Positions 28,117 to 37,700 of a stretch of 64,000 bases of DNA are shown here, piece after piece; the stretch's first letter is position 1; each line of letters opens with the position of its first letter. The notes under the pieces are model-generated. The model searched no databases. It saw only the letters and a program-made list of their open reading frames with translations, and was not told the origin of the DNA. Origin of the DNA: Planctomycetia bacterium (GTDB lineage Bacteria > Planctomycetota > Planctomycetia > Gemmatales > HRBIN36). The stretch is taken from NCBI GenBank assembly GCA_016795155.1, contig JAEUIE010000054.1:1755-65754 (forward strand), in the 5' to 3' direction. Made by a program: the position numbers and the translations under genes.

Positions 28117-29325
28117 ATGATTCGACAGGATTTACGAGCGCTCAGGCATTCGATGGGGCCTCGCGGGTTCTATGAATGTGTCCAGAACCTGCTCGATACG
28201 CGGGAATTGTCCCCCGACGATTTCAGCCTTCGGCAACTCTGGGAAGCCTGTGTCGGGCCAACTGCCCAGACGCTACCCACGCTGGCAGCCCGGCAACGAG
28301 TCTACGTTGCTGAGATCGATCAACTGAATGAGCCACTCAGCGAAGCTGATCTGGGAATTAACCTGTTTCAGACGGTCACGGGAGCCGTCATCGCCCGTCG
28401 GGTGATGGATGCCTACGACCAGGCAGCAGGCATTGGCGATCAACTGGTTACACTTGAACGGTCTTCCGTACGGTCGGAACGTATCCCAGGTTTCACAGCA
28501 CTACAAGGGCCACGTGAAGTAAAAGAGGGCATGCCTTACGAGGAAGCGAGCTTTGGCGACAAGTTTGTCAGCACCGTGGAGAGCAAGAAAGGCCGGCTGC
28601 TTTCCATCACGGAAGAAGCCGTGCATTTTGATCAGACGAATGAACTGCTGAGGCGTGCCGCCCGGTTGGGTGAAGCGACGCGTGCTGAGCGAGAGAAGAC
28701 GATTGTGCGGGGAGTGGTGGATGCTGATTACAACGCCACGCTGAGCACTGGTGTTTATCGCCCTTCGGGCACACTGCAGGAACTCTATCCCGATAATGCT
28801 TCCCTGCTGAATGTGATCGGGCCGGAGAACACCGCGGAAGGTTTTGACGCTGCGGTGCCACTGACTGATTGGACCTCGCTGGCTTTACCTTTGCAGTACC
28901 ACGCGGTCTATGTCAAGGATGATCGGCATGGGCCGGAAAGTGGTGAGCCGATAGCCTGGCAACCTCGCATTCTGCTGGTGCCCAAGTCGCTGGAAATCAG
29001 GGCGCTGCAGATCGTCAATGCCACACTGGTTCCCGCGACATCGGGTGGCACTGCATTTGGGGGTAATCCTCTTCGCGGCGCGTTCACCGTACTGGCTTCC
29101 GCTTATCTCGATCAAATCAGCACCAGCGATTGGTATCTGGGTGATTTCTCCCGGCAGTTCATCTGGAAGGAAATCTGGCCGGTGCAGGTGTTCCGGCAAA
29201 GTGCTCAGGATGGTGATGGTTTTGACCGCGACGTCGTGGCCCGTTTCAAAGTGCGATACTTCGGTGGCATCAATGCTCTCGATCATCGCTTTGTGCTCAA
29301 GATGATCGGGGAAGAGGAAGAGTAA
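28117..29325 (+). CDS. Major capsid protein (HK97-fold type)
   Basis: 403 aa from the ATG at 28117, with an AAGGAG RBS. Its position after the portal and protease genes, its size, and a strong stem-loop pair directly downstream are all typical of capsid genes. Confidence 0.6.
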   Translation: MIRQDLRALRHSMGPRGFYECVQNLLDTRELSPDDFSLRQLWEACVGPTAQTLPTLAARQRVYVAEIDQLNEPLSEADLGINLFQTVTGAVIARRVMDAYDQAAGIGDQLVTLERSSVRSERIPGFTALQGPREVKEGMPYEEASFGDKFVSTVESKKGRLLSITEEAVHFDQTNELLRRAARLGEATRAEREKTIVRGVVDADYNATLSTGVYRPSGTLQELYPDNASLLNVIGPENTAEGFDAAVPLTDWTSLALPLQYHAVYVKDDRHGPESGEPIAWQPRILLVPKSLEIRALQIVNATLVPATSGGTAFGGNPLRGAFTVLASAYLDQISTSDWYLGDFSRQFIWKEIWPVQVFRQSAQDGDGFDRDVVARFKVRYFGGINALDHRFVLKMIGEEEE

Positions 29326-29350
29326 TTTATTTGGTTACTGGTAACCGTGC

Positions 29351-29426
29351 CACACTCCGACGGTACTCCGTCGGGGTGTGCACATCACCCGCAACCACAC
29401 CTCGGCTGAGTACAGCCGAAGTGTGG
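29351..29426 (+). promoter_or_regulatory. Two tandem stem-loops downstream of the capsid gene
   Basis: The first is cacactccgacgg-tact-ccgtcggggtgtg (13 bp). The second is ccacacctcggctg-agta-cagccgaagtgtgg (13 of 14). No U-tract follows, so they may act in attenuation or mRNA stability. Confidence 0.5.
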
Positions 29427-29455
29427 CACAGTTTTTTGTTCACATTGGAGTACAC

Positions 29456-29728
29456 ATGCCCACCGCACTGGATGAATTAAACAGTTCGCCACGCACTGCT
29501 GCTCAACTGCACGGACTGATCGAGAAGATTGATCTTCTGGTTTTGCAAATACTGGAAGATGAACACCCCGATGCTGGTGCCAGCTTTCGCATAGGTGATC
29601 GCTCGGTGAATCGAACAGAATATCTCGCCTGGCTGCTGAAGGCCCGCTCGGAATACGTGAAGGAACTGTCACGTCTTCCAGCTTGGGAGACGACCACGCT
29701 GGTGCCTGCATCGCGAGGTGTTTTATGA
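29456..29728 (+). CDS. Phage-module small protein (possible head completion or connector)
   Basis: 90 aa from the ATG at 29456, which has a GGAG RBS. The ORF-track start at 29378 lies inside the stem-loops. The stop overlaps the next start (ATGA). Confidence 0.5.
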   Translation: MPTALDELNSSPRTAAQLHGLIEKIDLLVLQILEDEHPDAGASFRIGDRSVNRTEYLAWLLKARSEYVKELSRLPAWETTTLVPASRGVL

Positions 29729-30210
29729 GCAGCCCATGGTCGATTCTGAAAACGCCTGTTTCAGCGGAACAACTAGCGGTGCATGGAGGCAGCCCGGCCA
29801 GCACGATGACCCTGGAAGGGACCGTTCGCCGGGCCGAAGTGATTGAGACCTTCGGCATCGGTGGAATCTTGCCTGCAGCAGGTGCCCGGTTTGGTGATCC
29901 TCTCATTCTCGATGGGGTTACCATCTGGATTGAAGGGTATTTCCCGACGGATGAGATGGGCGAGCCGGTGGTGATGGAACGGGGTCAGATCATCACCACC
30001 TGGCAGGCGCTCTACGAGAAGCTGCTGAGTGAAGACTTTGAATTCTTTCTGCACTATGTCCCCGGCGATGAACCGCTGTTTCGCAAGTACCTGGAAGTGA
30101 ACACGGTGCTGCTGCGAACCGGCTGGGCTGATGCCCTGGGGATTCCCTATCAACTGGCTGCCATCACCAGCAACCACTCGGTTTCACCCAGTGAGCCGGG
30201 TGAGTTGTAA
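29725..30210 (+). CDS. Phage-module hypothetical protein (161 aa)
   Basis: It is translationally coupled to the previous ORF by an ATGA overlap. I recognise no family. Confidence 0.5.
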   Translation: MSSPWSILKTPVSAEQLAVHGGSPASTMTLEGTVRRAEVIETFGIGGILPAAGARFGDPLILDGVTIWIEGYFPTDEMGEPVVMERGQIITTWQALYEKLLSEDFEFFLHYVPGDEPLFRKYLEVNTVLLRTGWADALGIPYQLAAITSNHSVSPSEPGEL

Positions 30211-30233
30211 CACTTTTCACAAGGAGAAATTTC

Positions 30234-30710
30234 ATGAGTATGCGACACCGTTATGGCCAGCAGATGATTGTCCGCGTGGCGGTTGATTCTGCAACCGCGA
30301 TCAGCATGGGCGATCTGCTGATTCTGGATACCGATGATGCCAAACCTGCCAGCAGTGAAACCTGGAATACCGATCTGGGTACAACATTGTCCAATTTCAA
30401 TAACCGCTTTCTGGGTATTGCCCAGGCGGATCATGCCGCCAATAGCGGAGCTGTGCTCGATTTCCCGGTCGATATTTCGCCGATGTCGGTTTATGAAATG
30501 GACTGCGATGCTGAGACGCACGAAGTGGGCGATATGCTGACACTGATCAAAGCCAGCGGCAACGCGCTGGTGCCTAACCAGATGAAGAAGACCAGCACGG
30601 CAGGGCATGCCTGCGCCCGCTGCGTTCGGCGTAATCCGACAGCCCAATCGCGCGTGATGGTGCGGTTCCAGACTTCGTATTGGGGAGTGAATGCGGCAGG
30701 GAGCCAGTAA
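30234..30710 (+). CDS. Putative head decoration/cement protein (DUF2190-like)
   Basis: ISMGDLLILD...FLGIAQADHAANSGAVLDFPVD...VGDMLTLI...SRVMVRF resembles the DUF2190 beta-rich pattern. An AAGGAG RBS lies upstream. Confidence 0.45.
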   Translation: MSMRHRYGQQMIVRVAVDSATAISMGDLLILDTDDAKPASSETWNTDLGTTLSNFNNRFLGIAQADHAANSGAVLDFPVDISPMSVYEMDCDAETHEVGDMLTLIKASGNALVPNQMKKTSTAGHACARCVRRNPTAQSRVMVRFQTSYWGVNAAGSQ

Positions 30711-30730
30711 GTTTTATTTTCATTCCAAGA

Positions 30731-30761
30731 CCCGCCAGTTGATCTGGCGGGTTGTTTTTTT
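30731..30761 (+). terminator. Rho-independent terminator closing the head module
   Basis: cccgccag-ttgat-ctggcggg is followed by ttgttttttt. Confidence 0.85.
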
Positions 30762-30779
30762 AGCAGCAAATGACAATAA

Positions 30780-30798
30780 CAATAGATGTTATCTATTG
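30780..30798. promoter_or_regulatory. Palindrome upstream of parD (candidate operator)
   Basis: caatagat-gtt-atctattg has perfect 8-bp arms and lies 46 nt upstream of the ParD start. Confidence 0.4.
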
Positions 30799-30843
30799 AT
30801 ATGTCGGTACTCAATACACGATATTGCGTCTGGAGGCTATCTC

Positions 30844-31104
30844 ATGGATACTCTGAATATTTCCTTGCCCAAAGTGTTGAAGCGGTACGTCCAACAAAGA
30901 GTCAGGCATGGGGGCTACGGCAACACCAGTGAATATGTGCGTGAACTGATCCGCACTGAGCAGAAACAGCGTGCCCATGCAGAGTTAGAGGCTATGCTGC
31001 TGGAAGGAATTCAAAGCGGGCCGGCCACCGAAATGACCAAAGCTAACTGGAATAAACTGCGAGAGCGGCTGAAATCCAAAGCAAAGCAGCAAAAAAGGAA
31101 ATAG
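30844..31104 (+). CDS. parD: ParD-type (RHH/CopG) antitoxin
   Basis: MDTLNISLPKVLKRYVQQRVRHGGYGNTSEYVRELIRTEQKQ is the ParD (COG3609) N-terminal ribbon-helix-helix signature. Confidence 0.8.
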   Translation: MDTLNISLPKVLKRYVQQRVRHGGYGNTSEYVRELIRTEQKQRAHAELEAMLLEGIQSGPATEMTKANWNKLRERLKSKAKQQKRK

Positions 31105-31121
31105 TAATCGGTTGATCTGTC

Positions 31122-31437
31122 ATGGCCTATCGATACATCAAGAAGTCGCCGCAGGCTTTTATCGACTTGGAAGACATATCAATTTATCTCCTGTTACATG
31201 CCAGCCTGAGAACCGCTGAGCGATTTCTTGAATCAGCAGAACAGACATTCACGAAACTCGCTACGATGCCCGGCATGGGTTCTCATTTTGAATCTCCACT
31301 GTTAAACTGGTATCCGCACCATGACCATTAAGGGGTTTAAGCGATACATGATCATGTATCGTGAAATCCCAAAAGGAATTGAAGTGTTACGTGTGATTCA
31401 TGGTTCAAGAAACTGGCAGGAGGAAGTAGAGAGATAG
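31122..31437 (+). pseudogene. parE: ParE-type toxin gene interrupted by a frameshift
   Basis: The first frame (31122..31331) encodes the ParE N-terminal part and stops prematurely. The conserved C-terminal part IRTMTIKGFKRYMIMYREIPKGIEVLRVIHGSRNWQEEVER continues in another frame to the TAG at 31435..31437. Confidence 0.7.
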
Positions 31438-31550
31438 GTGAGCATTCTTCATTTCATCCAACAAAAACAACAGCCATAATTCAATCTTCCTGCCCAATCA
31501 GCGAACAAATGAATAGCTTAGCACTGACATTCCTTCCGACTGGATGAACC

Positions 31551-33476
31551 ATGTCCAAGTTCATGATTCCTGTTGCGCTGTTTCTAACCTGCACGCTGCT
31601 GGCCATCGGGCAGGATGCTGCACCTGTTGTGCCTAAGGCAGGTAACGTGAAAGACCCGGCTGATCTGGAAGCCTTCTTCGATGGTGCAATCCGGGTGCAG
31701 ATGGAAAAGAAACATATTGCCGGGGCGGTGGTCGCGGTAGTGGCTGATAACAAGGTGGTCTTCACCAAGGGGTATGGCTATGCCGACATCGCGGCACGTA
31801 AGCCAGTTGATCCGGAGAAGACGATGTTCCGTATTGCTTCCATCTCGAAGCTCTTCACCTGGACTGCGGTGATGCAACAGGTGGAAGCGGGGAAACTCGA
31901 TCTGAATACGGATATCAATCGTTATCTGAAAGAAGTCACGATCCCAGCGACGTTTGATCAGCCGATTACATTGAAGAACCTGCTGACGCATACCCCTGGT
32001 TTTGAAGATTATGTCATTGGCCTGTTTGCCAAGGAGCCGGACAAGCGGCCATTGGGAGAGATTCTGAAAACGCAGATACCGGCGCGCGTCAGGCCGCCGG
32101 GCACGCTGGCATCGTATTCGAATCACGGCACGGCTCTGGCTGGTTATGTCGTGGAATGTGTTTCCGGCCAGCCTTGGGAAGAGTACATCGAGCAGAAGAT
32201 TGTCAAGCCGCTGGGGATGACGCACACGCTGATCCGTCAGCCTGTCAAGGAGCAGTTGCCTGCTGATCTTTCCAAGGGGTATGAGTGGAAAGGTGGACAA
32301 TACGTAGAGAAGGGTTTTGAGTATGTGCCTGCCGGACCAGCCGGGTGCATCAGTGCCTGTGCAGCTGATATGTCAAAGTTCATGCTGGCTCATCTGAACA
32401 ATGGTAAGCTGGGAGAAGCATCGATACTCAAGCCGGAAACCGCCAAGCAGATGCGGGAGCCTTTGTTTCGCCATGTGGAGAAAGTCAGTCCGATGGGGTA
32501 TGGGTTCATTGAAGAGAAGCACAACGGCCTGACGCTGGTAGGGCATGGGGGCGATACGATTTATTTCCATTCATCGCTGCAGATGATTCCTGAAAAGGGA
32601 GTGGGTGTTTTTCTTTCTTACAACACCACCACCAGTGCGGGTGAACGGGAAGCGGTGATCGCAGCGTTTATGGATCGCTATTTTCCTGTGGCGTTGCCTG
32701 CACGAAGCAAGAGTGTTGCCGGGTTTGCTGAGCGTGCCCGGCAAATCGCGGGAGAGTATGGCAACACTCGCCATTCGCATACGACCATTACCAAGATTGC
32801 AGCTCTGATGATCGGAACCAACGTCTCGGTGAATAGCGATGAGACGATTACCATTGGTGGCGGCGACAGTGCCCGGCGTTATGTAGAAGTGGAGCCTTAT
32901 CACTTCAGAGAACTCGATGGTTCTCGTGAAGTGGTCTTTCAGACGGACAGTCAGGGCAACGTTGTTCATCTGTTTACGGGTAACGGTCCTTTTTCATCCG
33001 CCATCAAGCGGAAGTGGTATGAGGAGAGCCTGGTGCAGGGTGGAGCACTGGGAGTCTGTGCAGCACTGTTTCTGACGGCGATCCTGGTCTGGCCAGCGGT
33101 AGGATGGAACCTGCGACATGTTAATACAGCCCCAGTGTTGCGGTCAGGCTTCTCAGCTTTTCTGAGCTGGATGGGCTGGATTATGTCACTACTGATCCTG
33201 GTGTTTGCCGGTGCGCTGGGAATGAGCCTGGCTGATCCCGATGGCATTGTGTTTGGACTAACTCCCACGGTGAAATGGCTGATGCTGGTACCGCAGGTGA
33301 TTGCGGCGCTGGCAGGCATCACACTACTGGGAGCGCTTATTGCCTGGGGCATGCGATACTGGCGTTTCCTGGGGCGACTGCATTATACATTAGTAGCCCT
33401 GGCCGGCGCGGGTTTTGTGTGGTTCCTGTATCACTGGAACCTGCTGAGTTGGGGAATGGGTGATTTGAAGCTGTAA
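31551..33476 (+). CDS. Serine hydrolase (beta-lactamase/PBP4-like family) with a C-terminal multi-TM domain
   Basis: It has a signal peptide and the SxxK motif in FRIASISKLFTWTAVMQ. YSNHG is a YxN-like motif and HGGD is a KTG-position analogue. Four or five TM helices follow after about residue 500. Confidence 0.8.
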   Translation: MSKFMIPVALFLTCTLLAIGQDAAPVVPKAGNVKDPADLEAFFDGAIRVQMEKKHIAGAVVAVVADNKVVFTKGYGYADIAARKPVDPEKTMFRIASISKLFTWTAVMQQVEAGKLDLNTDINRYLKEVTIPATFDQPITLKNLLTHTPGFEDYVIGLFAKEPDKRPLGEILKTQIPARVRPPGTLASYSNHGTALAGYVVECVSGQPWEEYIEQKIVKPLGMTHTLIRQPVKEQLPADLSKGYEWKGGQYVEKGFEYVPAGPAGCISACAADMSKFMLAHLNNGKLGEASILKPETAKQMREPLFRHVEKVSPMGYGFIEEKHNGLTLVGHGGDTIYFHSSLQMIPEKGVGVFLSYNTTTSAGEREAVIAAFMDRYFPVALPARSKSVAGFAERARQIAGEYGNTRHSHTTITKIAALMIGTNVSVNSDETITIGGGDSARRYVEVEPYHFRELDGSREVVFQTDSQGNVVHLFTGNGPFSSAIKRKWYEESLVQGGALGVCAALFLTAILVWPAVGWNLRHVNTAPVLRSGFSAFLSWMGWIMSLLILVFAGALGMSLADPDGIVFGLTPTVKWLMLVPQVIAALAGITLLGALIAWGMRYWRFLGRLHYTLVALAGAGFVWFLYHWNLLSWGMGDLKL

Positions 33477-33481
33477 CAGGC

Positions 33482-33520
33482 ACCATGAAAATCCACCAGT
33501 GACTGGTGGATTTTCATGGT
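33482..33520. repeat. 39-bp perfect palindrome, copy 1
   Basis: accatgaaaatccaccagt-g-actggtggattttcatggt has 19-bp arms and lies 6 nt beyond the stop of the ATPase gene. Confidence 0.9.
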
Positions 33521-33526
33521 AAGTAT

Positions 33527-34693
33527 TTATGGCGTATTCCGCAGCCAATGCGGTGCAGCACCGGGTTTAGCGAGTTCCGCCAGGGGCACCGCTTCCACCT
33601 GCGAGCCGAGGGAATAGCGTTTGTCTCCCGGATAGACGATCAGCAGCTTGTCCAGTTTCAGATCTTCCAGGGCGATGTGCATGGAAGAAGTCAGGGTTGG
33701 TGCATCACGCCGTTTGCATTCCACGCCGATGCGTTTGCCTTTCTTGAACAGGAGCAGATCGAGTTCGGCGCCCTGGTGCGTGGCCCAGTAATAGGCTTGT
33801 TCGGGCTGCACCGCCTTGATGATCTCTTCCACCGCAAAGCCTTCCCACGATGCGCCGATCTTGGGATGCAGTTCCAGTTGATTCCGGCTTTCTATGCCCA
33901 GCAGCGCATGCAGCAGACCGCTGTCGCGAATGTAGACTTTCGGGGCTTTCACCTGTCGCTTGCTGAGGTTTTCATACCAGGCTGGCAGTTGCCTGATCAT
34001 GAATACGCCAGAGAGCAGATCGAGGTAACGGCGTACGGTGGATTCCCCAACGGCCAGGGCACGAGCCAGTTCTGCTCCGTTCCAGATCTGGGCATGGTAA
34101 TGAGCAATCATGTTCCAGAAGCGATGCAGGGTGATTGCAGGAATCGTAATGCCCAACTGGGGCAGATCGCGTTCGAGAAAAGTCTGAAGAAACTGTTTGC
34201 GCCAAATCACGGAATCGGTTTCTCTACGGGCAGCGTAAGAAAGAGGAAAACCGCCACGCAGCCAAAGGCGATCCATAGCGGATGATCCCAGATCAGCAAG
34301 ACGTAGTCCTTCGAGGTAGACCGTTTCCAGACGACCGGCTAGCGATTCAGACGATTGCTTCAGCAATTCAGGTGATGCGGACCCCAGAATCAGGAACCGG
34401 GCCGGCAGGGGCTTGCGGTCAGCCAGCACTCGCAACAGGCGAAACAGCTCCGGGCGATGCTGGATTTCATCCAGCACCACCAGGCCCTTCAGTGGACGCA
34501 GTGCCGTATCGGGTTCGGAAAGACGAGCCAGGCTGACAGGGTCTTCCAGGTCAAAATAATTGGCGGAACGGGGGGAAACCAGTTGCCTTGCGAGGGTAGT
34601 CTTGCCACACTGGCGCGGGCCGAGAATGGCCACCACCCGGCTGCGACGCAGGGCAGCTTTGAGCAGTGCCATATCTGTGGGACGATTAATCAT
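33527..34693 (-). CDS. AAA+ ATPase with a DUF4143 domain (COG1373 type)
   Basis: Walker A is ILGPRQCGKTTLARQL and Walker B is LVVLDEIQ. The C-terminal region with WEGFAVEE is typical of DUF4143 proteins. The ATG at 34693 is preferred over the GTG at 34720, which lies inside the palindrome. Confidence 0.8.
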   Translation of the reverse strand: MINRPTDMALLKAALRRSRVVAILGPRQCGKTTLARQLVSPRSANYFDLEDPVSLARLSEPDTALRPLKGLVVLDEIQHRPELFRLLRVLADRKPLPARFLILGSASPELLKQSSESLAGRLETVYLEGLRLADLGSSAMDRLWLRGGFPLSYAARRETDSVIWRKQFLQTFLERDLPQLGITIPAITLHRFWNMIAHYHAQIWNGAELARALAVGESTVRRYLDLLSGVFMIRQLPAWYENLSKRQVKAPKVYIRDSGLLHALLGIESRNQLELHPKIGASWEGFAVEEIIKAVQPEQAYYWATHQGAELDLLLFKKGKRIGVECKRRDAPTLTSSMHIALEDLKLDKLLIVYPGDKRYSLGSQVEAVPLAELAKPGAAPHWLRNTP

Positions 34694-34705
34694 GACAAAT
34701 GATAT

Positions 34706-34744
34706 ACCATGAAATTCCACCAGTCAATGGTGGATTTTCATGGT
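34706..34744. repeat. 39-bp palindrome, copy 2
   Basis: accatgaaattccacca-gtcaa-tggtggattttcatggt has one arm mismatch. It lies between the mfd stop (34754) and the ATPase start. Confidence 0.9.
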
Positions 34745-34753
34745 ACTGTAAAA

Positions 34754-37700
34754 TCAACTAAACAGCCCTTTCAAACATCCGTACATCCCTTCCGGGGTTT
34801 TCTCTTCATCCAGGTAGAGTCGATAGTAGGCCGTTTCGTCATCCACTACCCGCAGCCGATTACCTGGAATTCGACTTTGATTGGGCAACTCCGGTACCGG
34901 GCCGCTGAGAGCAGCCAGCTTGTCGATCCTGTTGCGTTGACGATATTCCAGCACCAGGTCTTTGCCTTCCAGGCGGATGTGGGCAACGCTCCATTTCGCT
35001 GCCAGGATTCGCAGTTCATGCATCTTGATAAGATTGGTAACGGGTTCAGGCAACGGGCCGTAACGGTCTGCCAGTTCGTCCTGAAAGTCAGCCAGCCGAT
35101 CCAGTGATTTGACTCGCCCCAGACGGCGATAGACTTCGATCTTGGCTTTTTGGCCTTCCACATAACTGGCAGGTAGAAACGCAGGCCAGGGCAGTTCCAC
35201 CGTCACTTCGATCATCTGCCTGACTGGTTGCTTTTTCGCCCGTCGCACTGCTTCTTCCAGTAACTGGCAATAGAGTTCGTAGCCGACCGAGGCAATGTGT
35301 CCGCTTTGCTCAGCACCTAGAATGTTACCAGCTCCGCGTATTTCCAGATCGCGCAGAGCGATCTTGAACCCCGCACCCAGTTCCCGGAATTCCTCAATGG
35401 CCTTTAATCGCTTGGCGGCAATGTCGGTCAATTTCCTGTTTGGATCAAGAAGCAGGTAACAGTAAGCACGGTGCTTGTACCGCCCTACTCTGCCTCGCAA
35501 CTGATGCAGATCCGCCAGGCCATATCTATCAGCATCATCAATGAAGATGGTATTGGTGTTGGGGATATCCAAACCGCTTTCGATGATGGTGGTAGCCAGC
35601 AGGATATCAGCCTGGTGTTTGACAAACTGGATCATGACCTGTTCCAGTTCGCGTTCGTTCATCTGGCCATGGCCTATGAGGATGCGGGCTTCGGGAACAA
35701 TCTGCTGCAGGCGATGGGCCACAGCTTCGATGTCGAATACGCGGTTATGGACAAAGTAAATCTGTCCTTCGCGTGCCAGTTCCCGGCGAATGGCATGCCG
35801 CACCAATTCGGGATCGAATCGACAGATGCGCGTTTCAATGGGCATACGACCCTGAGGCGGCGTCTCCAGATTGGAAATATCGCGAATGCCCAGCAGCGAC
35901 ATGTGCAGTGTTCGCGGGATCGGCGTCGCGGTCATGGTGAGCACATGCACTTGCGAACGCAGTTTCTTCAACTTCTCCTTGTGTTCCACGCCAAATCGCT
36001 GTTCCTCATCAATGATCACCAGGCCCAGGTCTTTGAAGGTGACATCCTTACTGAGCAGGCGATGGGTGCCGACGGCGATATCGAGTTGGCCAGCGTTGAG
36101 TTGCTTGACCATTTCCTTCTGTTCGCCAGGCCGCCTGAACCGCGACAAGCAAGCAACCTTAAAAGGAAACGCAGCCAGTCTGGTGGAGAAAGTACGGTAA
36201 TGCTGCTCGGCGAGCACGGTGGTGGGGACCAGCACAGCCACCTGCTTGCCTGCGTCCACAGCCTTGAAGGCGGCACGCAGAGCGACTTCGGTTTTACCAT
36301 ATCCGACATCGCCACAGAGCAGGCGATCCATCGGGTGGGGATGCTCCAGATCTTTTTTGACATCACCGATGGCAGTATGCTGATCGGGCGTTTCTTCGTA
36401 AGGAAATGCCGATTCAAACTCATTCATCCAGACACTGTCAGCCGGGTAAGAAAAACCTGGCAACGTAGACCGCTGTGCCTGCAGGTCAACCATTTCCGCT
36501 GCAAGATCGAGAACCGCTTCGCGGACTTTCTCTTTACGCTTGGCCCAGGTGGTACCGCCCAGCTTTGAAAGTTCCGGTGCGGTGTTGCCTCCACCTACAT
36601 ACTTCTGCACGAGGTCGATCTTGTCGGTAGGCACATACATCTTCGTGCCGGCGGCAAACTCCAGCAGCATATGCTCGCTGAGCTGACCTTTGGTATCGAG
36701 AACCTGCAAGCCCTTGTAGCGGGCAATGCCATGATTGACATGCACCACCAGATCATCTTCTGCGAGATCGAGAAAACTTTCGATAGCCCGCGTTTCATAT
36801 TTACGGACTGAAATCCGATGCGAGGTGGCAGCTGCATCCCGACGAAAGAGTTCCTGTGCGCCGAGCACGGTCAATTGGCTGTTCACCAGTCGAAAGCCGG
36901 AACGGATGTGGCCGGGGAGCAATAAAGTGCTGAGTCCTGAAGAATCAGTCCTGAGTGCTGAGTCCTGCGTGCTGAGTGAAGTTGATGGGGCGTTCTTTTT
37001 TTTACTCTTCGAACTCTCCTCCTTGGTGGGGGCAGTGGAAGCAGCATTCAAAAGTTCGCTGAGCCGCTGTTGTTCTCCCTTGCTGGGGCAGGCAATGACT
37101 ATTTCACCACTCAGCGTGGCCAGTTCTTCCTTAACCTTCGCTGCATCGCCACTGAAACGTTCGACCGATTCAATCTGCAGGTGGCACGTTGCTTCAGCTG
37201 AAATCGTGGGCAACGCGGTTATGTGAACACTCGGATGCGCAATCAGATGCTTGAATGTTGCATCAATGCTGAACAGGCCTTTGATGTCATCTACCCGTTC
37301 GAGAAAGACTTTGGCTTGTTCCCGCAGGTCAGCAGGCTCCACCAGAATAACAATCGCACCGGCAGGCAGATACCTGGTAAAAGGGACCGTGTCGCTTAAA
37401 CCCTGTTGGGTGAATACCGTGACGTTGACATGATCTATTGCTTCCTGCGAACGTTGCGTTTCCGGAGCAAAACGGCGGATGCTGTCGATGATGTCGCCAA
37501 AGAATTCCAGGCGCACAGGCCGATCTGCATCTGCAGGGTAAATGTCAAGAATGCCACCCCGTTTGCTGAACTCGCCCGGCAATTCCACGACTTCAGTACG
37601 CGTATATCCCCCTTCGACGAGCCAGGTGATCAGAGATTCCAGGCGGACTTCATCATCCTTGACCAGTTCTCGCGATTGGGCAGCGAGTGCAGCAGGGCTT

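Larger units (their letters stand above)
25659..30761 (+). mobile_element. Phage-derived head-morphogenesis module (prophage remnant or domesticated capsid operon)
   Basis: Six co-oriented, tightly packed ORFs (portal, protease, capsid, three small) are closed by a terminator. No terminase, tail, lysis or integrase genes are visible nearby. Confidence 0.7.

Noticed and set aside
33482-34744. The palindromes flanking the ATPase gene as integron attC sites.
   Set aside because: No GTTRRRY/RYYYAAC core sites are visible in the palindromes, and there is no intI integrase or attI in the window. The arms are perfectly symmetrical, unlike the bulged attC hairpins.
35471-36568. A 365-aa plus-strand ORF, with several shorter ones, inside 34.7-38.2 kb.
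   Set aside because: It is antisense to mfd, so these are shadow ORFs. The same applies to 57493..58524 (antisense to the histidine kinase), 16104..16799 (antisense to carbonic anhydrase), 33506..34285 (antisense to the ATPase), and 884..1444 and 1595..2074 (antisense to the kinase/TPR gene).
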